Numbered from the stretch's first letter, positions 1 through 9,975 are shown. The stretch: DNA of 64,000 bases from an uncultured Muribaculaceae bacterium (GCA_964587565.1 CAZPLK010000001.1:701-64700); one strand, 5' to 3'. Notes: generated from the sequence alone by a model not told the origin. Translations and numbers: made by a program.

Positions 1-990
1 CTGACAGTTGATTCAGAGGTTAATGTCGCAGAAGGCGGTATTAAAAACACAGGAATTGAAAACTCAGTAAGAGTTGCATTCACACAAATAGGCCGTGTTA
101 AAGCTGATGTAACGGATCAAGAGATTATTACTGGCATTACTTGCGATGGTGATGAGTCTGAAGGAGTAACAGGAATTTGTAGAGATGCTCAAATTTGGGA
201 ACCAAATAACACGAGTCACGTACAAGGTGCTATTAACTGGTATAATAAATCTTGCCGTGCAAGAACTGGGGAAGATTTAAGAGAAAAGGAATCGTATGGA
301 GGAGATTGCGGTGTAGTAGTTGACGGTCAACATTACCCAACTTATGCGATTAATCAAATAATTAACTCAGAAGATAGAGTTGATATATACGATGGTAAAG
401 CATTTAACAGTTACATGGATACAGTTGTTACTGAAGATAATGCTGAAGGATTCTTAACAGATTATAAATATTTTACTGATACTGAAAAATATGAAGCAGG
501 TACAGCACGTTTACCGTTTATGTATTTAGCGCCAAACAGTATTACAAAAGTAAGAATTTATGTTTATATCGAAGGACAAGATATTGATAATTACGATTTC
601 GCACAAATTGGTAAGAAAATTACTGTAAACTTCGGTTTTACAAAACAAAGATTTACAGAAGCGGATATCGATTATAACGATCCACTTGTTAACCAGCAAT
701 TTGGACCAGAAGGTGAAGATTTAACTCCACCACGTTTAACATTATTGCCATACGGCGATACTGAGCAAACAGATTTAGTAGTTTTAACAAAAGGTGATGA
801 GTACGAAGAAGCGGGTGCTACTGCGGTAGATCTTCAAAAAGATGGAACAGAAGAAGAAATAGAAGATGTTAAAGCTGTAGGAGTAGTTAACACAAATGTA
901 CCAGGTACTTATTATGTTACTTATAAAGCTAAAGATAAAGCTGGTAACTTAGGTACAATTGTTAGAACAATTGTGGTCGAGAAAGAATAA
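1..990 (+). CDS. 5'-truncated secreted protein (open from window start), TasA/camelysin-like paralog with a C-terminal Ig-like (DUF5011-type) domain
   Basis: Frame 1 has no stop from nt 1 to 990. It shares the motif 'ITK[VL]R[IV]YV[YW]IEGQDID' with the next ORF. The C-terminal stretch 'TPPRLTLLPYGD...GATAVD...VPGTYYVTYKAKDKAGNLGTIVRTIVV' is a classic bacterial Ig-like surface-protein domain. Confidence 0.5.
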   Translation: MTVDSEVNVAEGGIKNTGIENSVRVAFTQIGRVKADVTDQEIITGITCDGDESEGVTGICRDAQIWEPNNTSHVQGAINWYNKSCRARTGEDLREKESYGGDCGVVVDGQHYPTYAINQIINSEDRVDIYDGKAFNSYMDTVVTEDNAEGFLTDYKYFTDTEKYEAGTARLPFMYLAPNSITKVRIYVYIEGQDIDNYDFAQIGKKITVNFGFTKQRFTEADIDYNDPLVNQQFGPEGEDLTPPRLTLLPYGDTEQTDLVVLTKGDEYEEAGATAVDLQKDGTEEEIEDVKAVGVVNTNVPGTYYVTYKAKDKAGNLGTIVRTIVVEKE

Positions 991-1114
991 TTAGACATAA
1001 CTTACAATTAAATATATAAAATACTGACTAATGGTTATGTTAGTAATTAATTATTATTGGAATAATGAAGAGTAGCCAAAGTTGGTTGCTCTTTAATTAT
1101 TATAGGAGGTATTT

Positions 1115-2188
1115 ATGGATAAAAAAGGGGAAAATGTGAAGAAGAAAAGAATAAAACCGTTAAAAATTAATACAACATTATTAAAAGTATTAATGTTTTT
1201 GACTGCAATTTTCTTAATAATCTCTTCGTATGCATGGTTCTCTACCTCATTAAATGTTCGAATTAAATTTTTTGATTTAGTAGTATCAACAGATACTGGT
1301 TTATTTATATCGCTTGATGGGGTAAATTTTTCTGAAAATATCGAAGTATCTGTCGATAGTATAATAAGAGATTTAAGGGCTGTTTATCCTAACCATACAA
1401 ATCAATGGGCAGTCGGAGGATTATGGCCAGTATCTTCTCTTGGAATAAGAAATTCAAATTCTGATAGGTTTGATATGTTTATTGGCGAAATATACAGACC
1501 AATTGGACGTGAAAAAGATGATGAAATAAAATATTTAAATACAAATAGGTATAATGAAATTGGTCCATCCGCTTCCAATGTTTATGTAGCATTTGATATA
1601 TTTTTGAAAAACGTAAGTGGTTCACCTTATAATGATAATTTATATTTTACTGATGACACTTACATAGATTTTGACGGTGAAGTCCATGAGGAAACACAAG
1701 AGAAAATGAGCGGAATTATGAATTCACTAAGAATGGGTATTGTAAAAATTGGAAGTGTTTCATTAAATGCAGAAGTAAATACAATTCAAAATATTAGATG
1801 TAATAATAATTGCCAAGCAATTATATATGAGCCAAATAAAACGAGACACTCTGATATATCAATTGAAAATGCCGCAAAATTAGGAATTGATTTAGTGGAT
1901 GGAGTTTATTCTCCTACGTATGCGGTTATCAATCCTGGTAAAAAATTAGAGCATTTTAGTGGTCACGGAGGACGCCCTCTTGATACTGATCACTTTGCAT
2001 TACAAAGAACAATTGCATTTGAAGAGTTTGATAATCCGATTTTTGATATTCCAAACGGAATTACAAAATTAAGAGTATATGTATGGATTGAAGGTCAAGA
2101 CATAGACAGTTTAGAGACGCATTCAATTGGAGCACCAATATTTATCGCAATAGGACTTGAAAAAGACTTAGCTGGTTATGAAGAATAA
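1115..2188 (+). CDS. TasA/camelysin-family (peptidase M73-like) secreted protein with a SipW-cognate-type signal peptide
   Basis: Strong RBS 'aggaggt'. N-terminal lysine-rich region, a hydrophobic core, then 'SSYAWFSTSLNV', which resembles the 'TFAYFSD / TWAAFND' cleavage region of CalY/TasA. The C-terminus shares the 'IEGQDID' block with the upstream ORF. Confidence 0.55.
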   Translation: MDKKGENVKKKRIKPLKINTTLLKVLMFLTAIFLIISSYAWFSTSLNVRIKFFDLVVSTDTGLFISLDGVNFSENIEVSVDSIIRDLRAVYPNHTNQWAVGGLWPVSSLGIRNSNSDRFDMFIGEIYRPIGREKDDEIKYLNTNRYNEIGPSASNVYVAFDIFLKNVSGSPYNDNLYFTDDTYIDFDGEVHEETQEKMSGIMNSLRMGIVKIGSVSLNAEVNTIQNIRCNNNCQAIIYEPNKTRHSDISIENAAKLGIDLVDGVYSPTYAVINPGKKLEHFSGHGGRPLDTDHFALQRTIAFEEFDNPIFDIPNGITKLRVYVWIEGQDIDSLETHSIGAPIFIAIGLEKDLAGYEE

Positions 2189-2202
2189 GAAGGAGTGATG
2201 TT

Positions 2203-2352
2203 ATGAAGAAAGGTGAAAACAAAGTTAATTTTGATTTATCAACATTAAAATTAGAAGAATTAATAGATGTTTATAAAAACATAAATGACTTTCTTAAATT
2301 TTTAGATGAATCAAAAATTAAACAAAGTGAGAAGGTGGAAAATCCGAATGGC
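2203..2352 (+). CDS. Small hypothetical protein (49 aa), translationally coupled to the next gene
   Basis: Good RBS 'gaaggagtgatgtt' before the ATG. The stop overlaps the downstream start (atggctaa). Not in the supplied ORF track (too short). Confidence 0.3.
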
Positions 2353-4000
2353 TAATTTTTTAAATTTTATTAATGATGATATTATTGCTAAAAAAACATT
2401 ACTTTCTACTTTACCAACAAAAACAAAAGCTAATATTAAAAATTATAATGATAAAATAAATTCAATTATAAAAGATTATGAAAGTTATAAGGAAAGTGTT
2501 AGAAAATATCTTATTGCAAAAAATAATTCCTTTGAAATTGATAAAAATTATCATAATGTCGATGTCTTAAAAAAAGAAATAGAAGAATTAGAACAAATAC
2601 GGTTGTTATTAAATCCAACCAATACTTTTTTTGAAAAGATGGGATTTGATACACTTTTATATAACATAAGAAATTATTCTGATTTTAATTTCACTTCTAT
2701 GAATGAAATAATAAATGAATTTTTAACTAATTTTGAAAAAGCTGGTATTATACTTACAGTAAGCGATTTTGATTACACATATTATGTTAGAGAATATATG
2801 TCGTCATTTTTGGATATTAGAAATTCAACAAGTAGAAGTTTTGATATGTTATCAAAAACATTTGAAGAAATTTATTGGGAAAACCCAAATCTAATTCAAC
2901 AAATAGAACTTAATTTTAGAAAATTAATCAAAAAAAATCGTCGTAAATTTGACGCATACATCGCTAATGCGCAAAAAGAAATAATGTGGAAAAATAATAT
3001 TGGGAATTATAAAGATTGTATAAATAAACTTAAAATAAAATATTCTGAGTTAGAGGAAAATGGCAAAGAAGATATTGCAGATATTATTGAATTAGCCAAA
3101 AAAGGTGAGTTGGAAATCAATAATTTCTTTGAAGGTAGTAGAGTAATGGAAACGACATACCAATCATTAACAATTGAACAATTAGATTTAAATAACAAGC
3201 AATCATTGGACAACTTTTACGCTAATTTAAAAAAATTAAAAGATAATATTAATGAATACAATAATTACTTAACTTTTATGCCTTTGTTTGAAAATTTTAA
3301 AAATGAATTTAGAAAACCTCAACCTTCCACAATACAAGAGCCAGCTAGAAGAAACATAAGTAAATTACGTGCTATAGAAACAAAAATAAATGAAAAAGAA
3401 AATATACTTGCAAAATTAAATCGTAATTTATTTTCAACCGGAAGAAGTTTCTTTGGTTTTAAAAATGATATTCCTCCTCGTCAAATAAAACAGGATTCAA
3501 TTATTTTGTCTTCTGAACTATATAAGCTTTATAATGACTTTGATCAAGAATTATTTAGAGAAAAAGTTAAGCAAATTTTAAATGATTTTTTAACTGTGCC
3601 AGAATTACTACATTTATACTATAGTTTTGATTACTTTAAAAAGAAAGATATTAAAAAGGCTTTTAATTTAGAACAATATGATGAAATAATCCAGCAAAGC
3701 AAAAAATTTGATGAATTTGCAAAGAATCCTAATAATTTAATAACTAATGGTGTATCAATATTCTCAAAAAGTGATATCAGTAAAATAATTGTAAATAAAT
3801 ACCGCCTCGATAATATAAATATCACAGAAGAAAATTTAGAGCAAAGAGAATTAGAATCGTTATTAAATCAAATTGAATATTTACTTAGAATAGAAAAAAT
3901 TAATAAAAGTGAAACTACAGTAGAAAAAATTTGGTTTATGGTGAAAGTTACTAATATATTAAAAAAAGAAGAAGAAGAAAAAAAGAAAAAAATTCCGTAA
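2348..4000 (+). CDS. Hypothetical cytoplasmic coiled-coil protein of about 550 aa, no signal peptide, lysine-rich C-terminal tail
   Basis: Long ORF. The ATG at 2348 is preferred (RBS 'aaggtgg', overlaps the stop of the small ORF) over the track start at 2306. No recognisable catalytic motifs; K/N/E-rich helical composition. Confidence 0.45.
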   Translation: MANFLNFINDDIIAKKTLLSTLPTKTKANIKNYNDKINSIIKDYESYKESVRKYLIAKNNSFEIDKNYHNVDVLKKEIEELEQIRLLLNPTNTFFEKMGFDTLLYNIRNYSDFNFTSMNEIINEFLTNFEKAGIILTVSDFDYTYYVREYMSSFLDIRNSTSRSFDMLSKTFEEIYWENPNLIQQIELNFRKLIKKNRRKFDAYIANAQKEIMWKNNIGNYKDCINKLKIKYSELEENGKEDIADIIELAKKGELEINNFFEGSRVMETTYQSLTIEQLDLNNKQSLDNFYANLKKLKDNINEYNNYLTFMPLFENFKNEFRKPQPSTIQEPARRNISKLRAIETKINEKENILAKLNRNLFSTGRSFFGFKNDIPPRQIKQDSIILSSELYKLYNDFDQELFREKVKQILNDFLTVPELLHLYYSFDYFKKKDIKKAFNLEQYDEIIQQSKKFDEFAKNPNNLITNGVSIFSKSDISKIIVNKYRLDNINITEENLEQRELESLLNQIEYLLRIEKINKSETTVEKIWFMVKVTNILKKEEEEKKKKIP

Positions 4001-4082
4001 GGAGTTTTTTTAATGTAAAAAAAGTCGAATTGTGTTATAATTATATTATAATAATACTATGGCTCTATAAAGGAATGATGTT

Positions 4083-7000
4083 ATGGTAAAGGGGAATATA
4101 AAAACAAATAATATTAAAAAAGTTAATTACATAATTATTTTAGTATGTATAATTTTTTTGTTGCTTATATCAATTCCTACTATGGCAAGATTTAAAAATA
4201 GAAACACTTTAAAAAGAGTAACTACATGGGATGGTAGTGTCGCTAAAAATTATCGCAGCGGTGACGGTTCAAAAGAAAATCCCTTTTTAATAACCAACGG
4301 TTCTGAATTGGCGCATTTTTCTGAACAATTAGAAACAAATAATTATTTAGATATTTATTTTGAATTAAATAACGATATCATTATTAATGAAGGAATATTT
4401 AAATATGATGCAAATAACGGCATTTTATATATTAAAGATAATATAACTTATTATGTTGATCACGATACTAACAAATATTATAAAACAAAAGAACGTGATG
4501 GTGAGGTTATAGGAACTATTAATACGATGAAATCATTTGATAATTTCAAAGGACATTTTAATGGAAATTCATTTTCTATATTTGGATTTTATTTATCAGA
4601 TGAAATTAGCAATGAACTAGCACCGTTTACTAATTTGAATGGGAATATTAACAATCTTTATTTAGAAAATACAATGATTTATGGTGGTAATTATACTTCC
4701 GGTGTAGTCTCAGTTGCAAATAATAGTGAGTTAGAAAACATTTTTTCATCTGGCTATGTAGTAGGTAACAAGGATTATACATTGAATGAAAAAATAATTA
4801 CGTTACCAAATATAGAAGAAACACTTTCAAATGATGAATTAATTAAAAATGTTGAACTACCTAATAAAATACCATTAATTCACAGTGACATTAAAAACAT
4901 TAGTATTACTGGTAAAGTGGATTTATTAAATAAATGTGATCAAATAACTTTATTTGTAAATGACGTTGAAATAGAAAAAGCTGGGGAATTTGAATTAGAA
5001 CTAAATAATGAAATTTCTAAAAACTTAAATTTTAAACTTGTTTCCCAATGTAATGAAGAAACAAATATAAAAATAACAAATTTGCAATATAATGTGAAAT
5101 ATAATCACTCAGCAACAGCTGGAATTATTGCATTATCGCATAACAATAAATTGAAAAACATAATAAACAAAAGTGAAGTTTATGGTGAATTTATAAGTTC
5201 TGGATTAATTGGTACCAGCATAGATTCATTAACTATAACAAACGCTTATAATAAAGGTGCTATTAACAGCGAGAACAAAGGTGCGGGTTTAATAGGAGTT
5301 ATTGAGCAAAGTGACGATGTAATAATTAACAAATCATTTAATGAAGGTAATATAAATTTAGAAGATAATATAGGTTTAATATCTAATATATATAACGTTG
5401 ATAATATGATCGTTCAAAATAGTTTTAACACAGCTAACACTAATTATTTAATAAACACAATTCAATATTCTGTTGTTAATTTTGAAAATGTCTTTTACAC
5501 AACTGGATTAACACCTATCAAAGACGGTATTTATAATGGAATGATTAACGTTACCTTTTTAGAAAACTTAAAAGACAAGGAATTTTTAACAAATTATTTA
5601 TATTTTGAAGAGTTTGATGAAATAGAAAATATAAGCGAAGGCAAAAAAGTTTGGATTTTTGAAGAGGAAAGTTTGCCAATATTATATATTGATGATTTAA
5701 ACAAACCTCTTGTTAATATAAATGCTTTAACATACTCATGGAATAATTATTCTACTTCATTAAATGGTTATAAATTTTCTAAAAATATAACTTTTAATAT
5801 AGAAGAAGCAAATGAATTAAATAAAGTGGAAAATATATATTATTATATAAGTAACACTAGTGAACCATTATTCAAAGAAGAGTTAAATCAAATTAGTAAG
5901 TGGGAAACTTACAATGACATTGTTCAAATAAAAGAAGAAGGAATTTATGTTATATATGCTAAAATAATCGATATAAATGGAAATGTATTTTATATAAACA
6001 CAGATGCACTAGTCCTTGATTCAACAGGTATAACTTTAAATATAAGTTATAAAGATTTTTCATGGTCAGAATTTAGTAACGATTTAAAACAAATTTATAT
6101 TTACGAGCCTGAAATTTTAAATGTATCTTATAACAGTGTAATTTCATCAATAACTAACGCTCAATATTATATATCAAATGAACAATTAACAAGCAAAGAG
6201 TTAGATCAAATCACTGATTATGGCTGGAACGATTTAGAAGATGATATTTTGGTTAGCAATGTAGGGAATAACATAGTTTATGTAAAATTAATTGATAACT
6301 TTGGTTATGTTACATACGCCAATACTGATAAAATCTATATGGATTCTTATATTAATTCTAAAACATTACTCGGTAGAGGTGTTAAAGATTACCTAAACAA
6401 AGATTATAATATAAACACGAAATCATCTATTACTTTAACTTATAAATATTTAAATGAAGAAGCAAGTGATGATGCAGAATATTCACACAACTTAATTACA
6501 AGTAGTTTATTACCGAAGAATACTATTATTACTTTAATAGATAACATAAAAGAAAAGGTTTACACATACCAAATTCCAACTGATGAAGATTATTATAATT
6601 ATAATAAATCATGCGAATCGAATGATGGTGAATGTTATAAATATGCAACATATCCCTTTACTTTATTTAAAGAGGTCGGAATAGCGAATAAACCATTTGT
6701 GGAAGAGAGTTATTTTGTAGCGGGTAAAATAGAAGAAAACTTTGATGTAATAATAGATTTTTCTAAAACAAACATTACTGAAAATTTAACTAATGTAAAA
6801 GTTAAATTAGAAAAAACTAATAATAATATTTATATTACTACTAATGATAAAAATATTAAAACCTTTAATGTATTACAAGATTCTAATTATAATTTGAAAA
6901 TAAATACTGATTATGAAGATGGTCCGATTTTATACAATACCGATTCAGTAACAAATATTAATTTAACTGGTGGCGTAAAGTATTTTAAAACTAATAATAC

Positions 7001-7757
7001 TGAAATAATTGATACTTCTATTGAAAATAAAATATTAGGACTAGCTATTAGATTAGTAGATAGTGATGGAAAAATTATAGATAAAAAACATCTTAAAAAT
7101 TTAACATTTAAAATAGATAAAAACCAATTTTATCCAGAAAACGATAATGTAATTAGGGCAAAAATAGACAATAATTTTGAAAACTTAAACAAAACCTTAA
7201 CAGTTATAACAAATAAAACAAATAATACATTGAAAAATGGTGAATATTATTTGGAAATAAACACTTATTTGTCAATTGATGGATATTACTTTGATGAAAT
7301 AAGTAAAGACAAAATAAGTATACCAATTATAGTAGATAAAAAAGATTATATGCCATCGCATCTCTTTGATGTCCAAGTGGATGTGGAAAGTCAAATTATA
7401 AACAAAGAAGAAGAAAATGTGGACTTGAATTTTAATATAATACAAGGTGGCGAATTAGAAGAGCCAAACATAAGAATTTCTTTGTACCAAAAAAATCAAT
7501 TAACCGCTTATGATCAAAGTTACTCACTAATTGATTTAGATGATTATATAACTAACAATTTAGAAATAACAAGTCCAAATGTATACTATTTATCAAAAAA
7601 ACCTGTTGAATATACCGAAAAGGAAAAAAACATTAATGAGTACACTTTGAATATAAAAACTAATTTATTAGAAAATCACTCATATAAATTTGTGTTTGAT
7701 TTATATGATAATAATATAAAAATTAGTTCATTAGATAAATATTTCATTGTAAAATAA
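4083..7757 (+). CDS. Large (1224 aa) N-terminally anchored or secreted surface protein with parallel beta-helix-type repeats followed by beta-rich (probably Ig-like) domains
   Basis: N-terminal 'K-rich + IIILVCIIFLLLISIPTMA' signal/anchor. 'GSKENPFLITNGSELAHFSEQ' followed by 'FKGHFNGNSFSIFGFYL' and repeated 'N.G.I.......GGLIG' blocks ('SSGLIGTSIDSLTITNAYNKGAINSENKGAGLIGVIEQS') are typical of adhesin-like beta-helix/GLUG repeats. Confidence 0.55.
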   Translation: MVKGNIKTNNIKKVNYIIILVCIIFLLLISIPTMARFKNRNTLKRVTTWDGSVAKNYRSGDGSKENPFLITNGSELAHFSEQLETNNYLDIYFELNNDIIINEGIFKYDANNGILYIKDNITYYVDHDTNKYYKTKERDGEVIGTINTMKSFDNFKGHFNGNSFSIFGFYLSDEISNELAPFTNLNGNINNLYLENTMIYGGNYTSGVVSVANNSELENIFSSGYVVGNKDYTLNEKIITLPNIEETLSNDELIKNVELPNKIPLIHSDIKNISITGKVDLLNKCDQITLFVNDVEIEKAGEFELELNNEISKNLNFKLVSQCNEETNIKITNLQYNVKYNHSATAGIIALSHNNKLKNIINKSEVYGEFISSGLIGTSIDSLTITNAYNKGAINSENKGAGLIGVIEQSDDVIINKSFNEGNINLEDNIGLISNIYNVDNMIVQNSFNTANTNYLINTIQYSVVNFENVFYTTGLTPIKDGIYNGMINVTFLENLKDKEFLTNYLYFEEFDEIENISEGKKVWIFEEESLPILYIDDLNKPLVNINALTYSWNNYSTSLNGYKFSKNITFNIEEANELNKVENIYYYISNTSEPLFKEELNQISKWETYNDIVQIKEEGIYVIYAKIIDINGNVFYINTDALVLDSTGITLNISYKDFSWSEFSNDLKQIYIYEPEILNVSYNSVISSITNAQYYISNEQLTSKELDQITDYGWNDLEDDILVSNVGNNIVYVKLIDNFGYVTYANTDKIYMDSYINSKTLLGRGVKDYLNKDYNINTKSSITLTYKYLNEEASDDAEYSHNLITSSLLPKNTIITLIDNIKEKVYTYQIPTDEDYYNYNKSCESNDGECYKYATYPFTLFKEVGIANKPFVEESYFVAGKIEENFDVIIDFSKTNITENLTNVKVKLEKTNNNIYITTNDKNIKTFNVLQDSNYNLKINTDYEDGPILYNTDSVTNINLTGGVKYFKTNNTEIIDTSIENKILGLAIRLVDSDGKIIDKKHLKNLTFKIDKNQFYPENDNVIRAKIDNNFENLNKTLTVITNKTNNTLKNGEYYLEINTYLSIDGYYFDEISKDKISIPIIVDKKDYMPSHLFDVQVDVESQIINKEEENVDLNFNIIQGGELEEPNIRISLYQKNQLTAYDQSYSLIDLDDYITNNLEITSPNVYYLSKKPVEYTEKEKNINEYTLNIKTNLLENHSYKFVFDLYDNNIKISSLDKYFIVK

Positions 7758-7768
7758 GAGGTGATTTA

Positions 7769-8314
7769 ATGAAACGTAAAATATATATAATTTTCTTATT
7801 TCTCTTTGCATTAACACTAATGTCAGGGATTACATATTCTATATTTCATTCAAACATTAATTTAAATTCTGTTGATCAAAATGTTGCAAAGTTTATTTTT
7901 AATTCTGAATATGTAGATGAAATAAAGTTGCCGCTTATTGATTTAAAACCGGGTGATAAGGAAGAATTTTTATTTAACGTTAGTAATTATGATAATGAAA
8001 AAACTAGTGATGTAATAATTGAGTACAATTTAATTATAAAAACTTATCATTTCTTACCTTTAAATATTGAATTATATAAAATTAATGAAGATAATGAAGA
8101 AAAAATTTTATCATGTGATGAAACTTTTTCACGAAATGAAGATAATTATTTAATATGCAATACGGATGATTTTTATTTAGATTATAATATAGAAACAATG
8201 GATAATTATAAATTAATCGTCAAATTCCCAAAAGAATTTAATAGTGAAAAATATGCAGGATTAGTTGATTTTCTTGATGTTGAAATTAAAAGTAGACAAA
8301 AAATTGTAAATTAA
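7769..8314 (+). CDS. TasA/camelysin-family secreted protein (181 aa)
   Basis: Signal peptide 'IYIIFLFLFALTLMSGITYSIF'. 'IDLKPGDKEEFLFNVSNYDNEKTSDVIIEYNL' aligns with B. subtilis TasA 'LSNLKPGDKLTKDFQFENNGSLAIKEVLMALNY' (identical 'LKPGDK'). Confidence 0.65.
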   Translation: MKRKIYIIFLFLFALTLMSGITYSIFHSNINLNSVDQNVAKFIFNSEYVDEIKLPLIDLKPGDKEEFLFNVSNYDNEKTSDVIIEYNLIIKTYHFLPLNIELYKINEDNEEKILSCDETFSRNEDNYLICNTDDFYLDYNIETMDNYKLIVKFPKEFNSEKYAGLVDFLDVEIKSRQKIVN

Positions 8315-8326
8315 GGTGGTGCTACG

Positions 8327-9226
8327 TTGAAAAAAAAGAAATATTTTTATTTAGGATTATTTACAATCTTAATGTTTGGATTAATATATTACGGTATTAC
8401 ATTTGCTAAGTATGTTGCAGACATTACACACGATTTTTATTTGCAATCAAAAGGATTTTATTTTACAAGTGATCAACTAAATGAGGAAACTCTTATTAAC
8501 TACAATAATATATGGGATGGTAATAGTGTTTTCTTTAATGTAAAAAACTATTTAAACGAATCTGTAATCTCAACATATGACATTTATTATGATGTTATAT
8601 GTGAAATAGAAGGTGACGCTTCAAACTATTATGAGTGTGATTTAAATGATTCAGGACAAAGTCATATTAATGGCGTACTATCAAATTTTCAAAGTTGTAT
8701 TAATGAAACAAATGATTCCGTTGATGTTAGTCAATTTAATAAAACAGAATGCGAATTAAGTGGTTATAATTGGGTTAATCATAAAATTGTTAAAGATTTA
8801 TTTTTTAATGTAATTCCTCTTAGTCAAAATTATAAAATGGAAAATATATCCGTTCAAATAAAAATAAAGAGTACAAAACCTTATAAAAAGAAATTAATAG
8901 GGCAGTTTAATTTAAGCAAAAGCAATCTTGAAGAAAGTAAGATAGTTTTAAATTATAATAATTATTCAAAATTTGATGAATTGATAATTTCAAATTCACA
9001 TGATGTTTCAAAGTGTGCAGACATTTCATGGGATCCAAACAATATCGTACTTGGTTCAAACGAAAAGCAATTCAATTCATATGTTGTGGAAAGCAATGGA
9101 TATATAAGTGGAATAAAATTAATGTTAAATCCTAAAATGAGCCAAAGTATTATATTTTATAAAAAAGATTTTTCGTTAAACTATAATGTAAATGAGTTTA
9201 CATTAACTGAGTTAGATGAGTGTTAA
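8327..9226 (+). CDS. TasA/camelysin-like secreted protein (299 aa), TTG start
   Basis: RBS 'aaggtggtg'. N-terminal signal followed by 'YGITFAKYVADITHD'. Cys-rich beta-type composition. Related to the minus-strand gene at 16878-17504 ('YSRYVADATGN'). Confidence 0.5.
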   Translation: MKKKKYFYLGLFTILMFGLIYYGITFAKYVADITHDFYLQSKGFYFTSDQLNEETLINYNNIWDGNSVFFNVKNYLNESVISTYDIYYDVICEIEGDASNYYECDLNDSGQSHINGVLSNFQSCINETNDSVDVSQFNKTECELSGYNWVNHKIVKDLFFNVIPLSQNYKMENISVQIKIKSTKPYKKKLIGQFNLSKSNLEESKIVLNYNNYSKFDELIISNSHDVSKCADISWDPNNIVLGSNEKQFNSYVVESNGYISGIKLMLNPKMSQSIIFYKKDFSLNYNVNEFTLTELDEC

Positions 9227-9294
9227 AAAATTATATTCAATATATTTGGATTGATAAGTGGAATAAAGTGTGTTAATATGAAAGTGGTGGTATA

Positions 9295-9831
9295 ATGAAA
9301 ATATTAAAAGTTGTTAAAAATGTTATTGTAACTACATTAGTAGTGCTGTTTTTTATCTTTGCACTATCAATGACTATGTTATTATTAAACTATAACCAAT
9401 ATGGTGTAACTCAGTTTGAAAATAAATCATTAATTATTATTAGAGATGAAATATCTTCTGATAAATATAAAAAAGGAGATCTTGTTATTACTGAAGCCGG
9501 AAGAGTTAGTAACTTAAAAAAAGGTGATGAATTGTTTGTATATAGATTAAAACGTGATAATACTGTTGAAATTGATTTAGGTATTGTTGATTATGTAGAA
9601 AATGATTCAGTTACATTTGTTAATGGCGAAACTTACAATTCGGAATTTATAGCAGGTAAATCAACAAAGATATATAATGATATAGGAACGACCTTATCTT
9701 TTGTAACTTCAAAATGGGGATTCCTATTTCTAATATTAGTTCCAAGTTTTCTCATTTTTGTATACCAAGTTTATGCATTAATTATTGAAATAAAATATGG
9801 TGAAGAAGATTACTTGTATGATTATGTGTAA
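9295..9831 (+). CDS. SipW-like (TM - beta domain - TM) protein lacking the Ser/His catalytic dyad; probable inactive signal-peptidase paralog
   Basis: Same topology and 'GDLVI...KKGDELFVY' blocks as the two SipW homologs downstream. No 'SGSM' serine box and no 'THR/THE' histidine box. Confidence 0.4.
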   Translation: MKILKVVKNVIVTTLVVLFFIFALSMTMLLLNYNQYGVTQFENKSLIIIRDEISSDKYKKGDLVITEAGRVSNLKKGDELFVYRLKRDNTVEIDLGIVDYVENDSVTFVNGETYNSEFIAGKSTKIYNDIGTTLSFVTSKWGFLFLILVPSFLIFVYQVYALIIEIKYGEEDYLYDYV

Positions 9832-9849
9832 ATTATTACATTTAATATA

Positions 9850-9877
9850 GCACGTTTATTAAAAACGTGTTTTTTTA
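9850..9877 (+). terminator. Rho-independent terminator after the first surface-protein operon
   Basis: Stem cacgttt / aaacgtg (9851-9857 / 9863-9869), loop attaa, followed by an 8-T run. Confidence 0.6.
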
Positions 9878-9909
9878 ATATTTCAAAAAAAATAAAATGT
9901 CTTAATTTG

Positions 9910-9938
9910 TTGTAAAAAACTAGCTAATATGGTAAAAT
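9910..9938 (+). promoter_or_regulatory. Sigma-A-type promoter (TTGTAA - 17 nt - TGgTAAAAT, extended -10) for the SipW-fusion/McrB-like operon
   Basis: Read directly: -35 at 9910-9915, TG at 9930-9931, -10 TAAAAT at 9933-9938. Gene start at 9976 with RBS 'ggaaggg'. Confidence 0.5.
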
Positions 9939-9975
9939 TTATATATGGTAGAGTCTAAAGAGTAGGAAGGGTACT

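Noticed and set aside
2306-2347. Track start 2306 for the 564-aa ORF
   Set aside because: It overlaps the RBS-bearing 49-aa ORF in another frame. The ATG at 2348 has its own RBS and overlaps the small-ORF stop (coupling).
3007-3825. Minus-strand ORFs 3007-3213 and 3631-3825 inside the 550-aa gene
   Set aside because: Antisense to a long coding ORF. Low-complexity S/L/I-rich translations typical of AT-rich antisense frames. No RBS.
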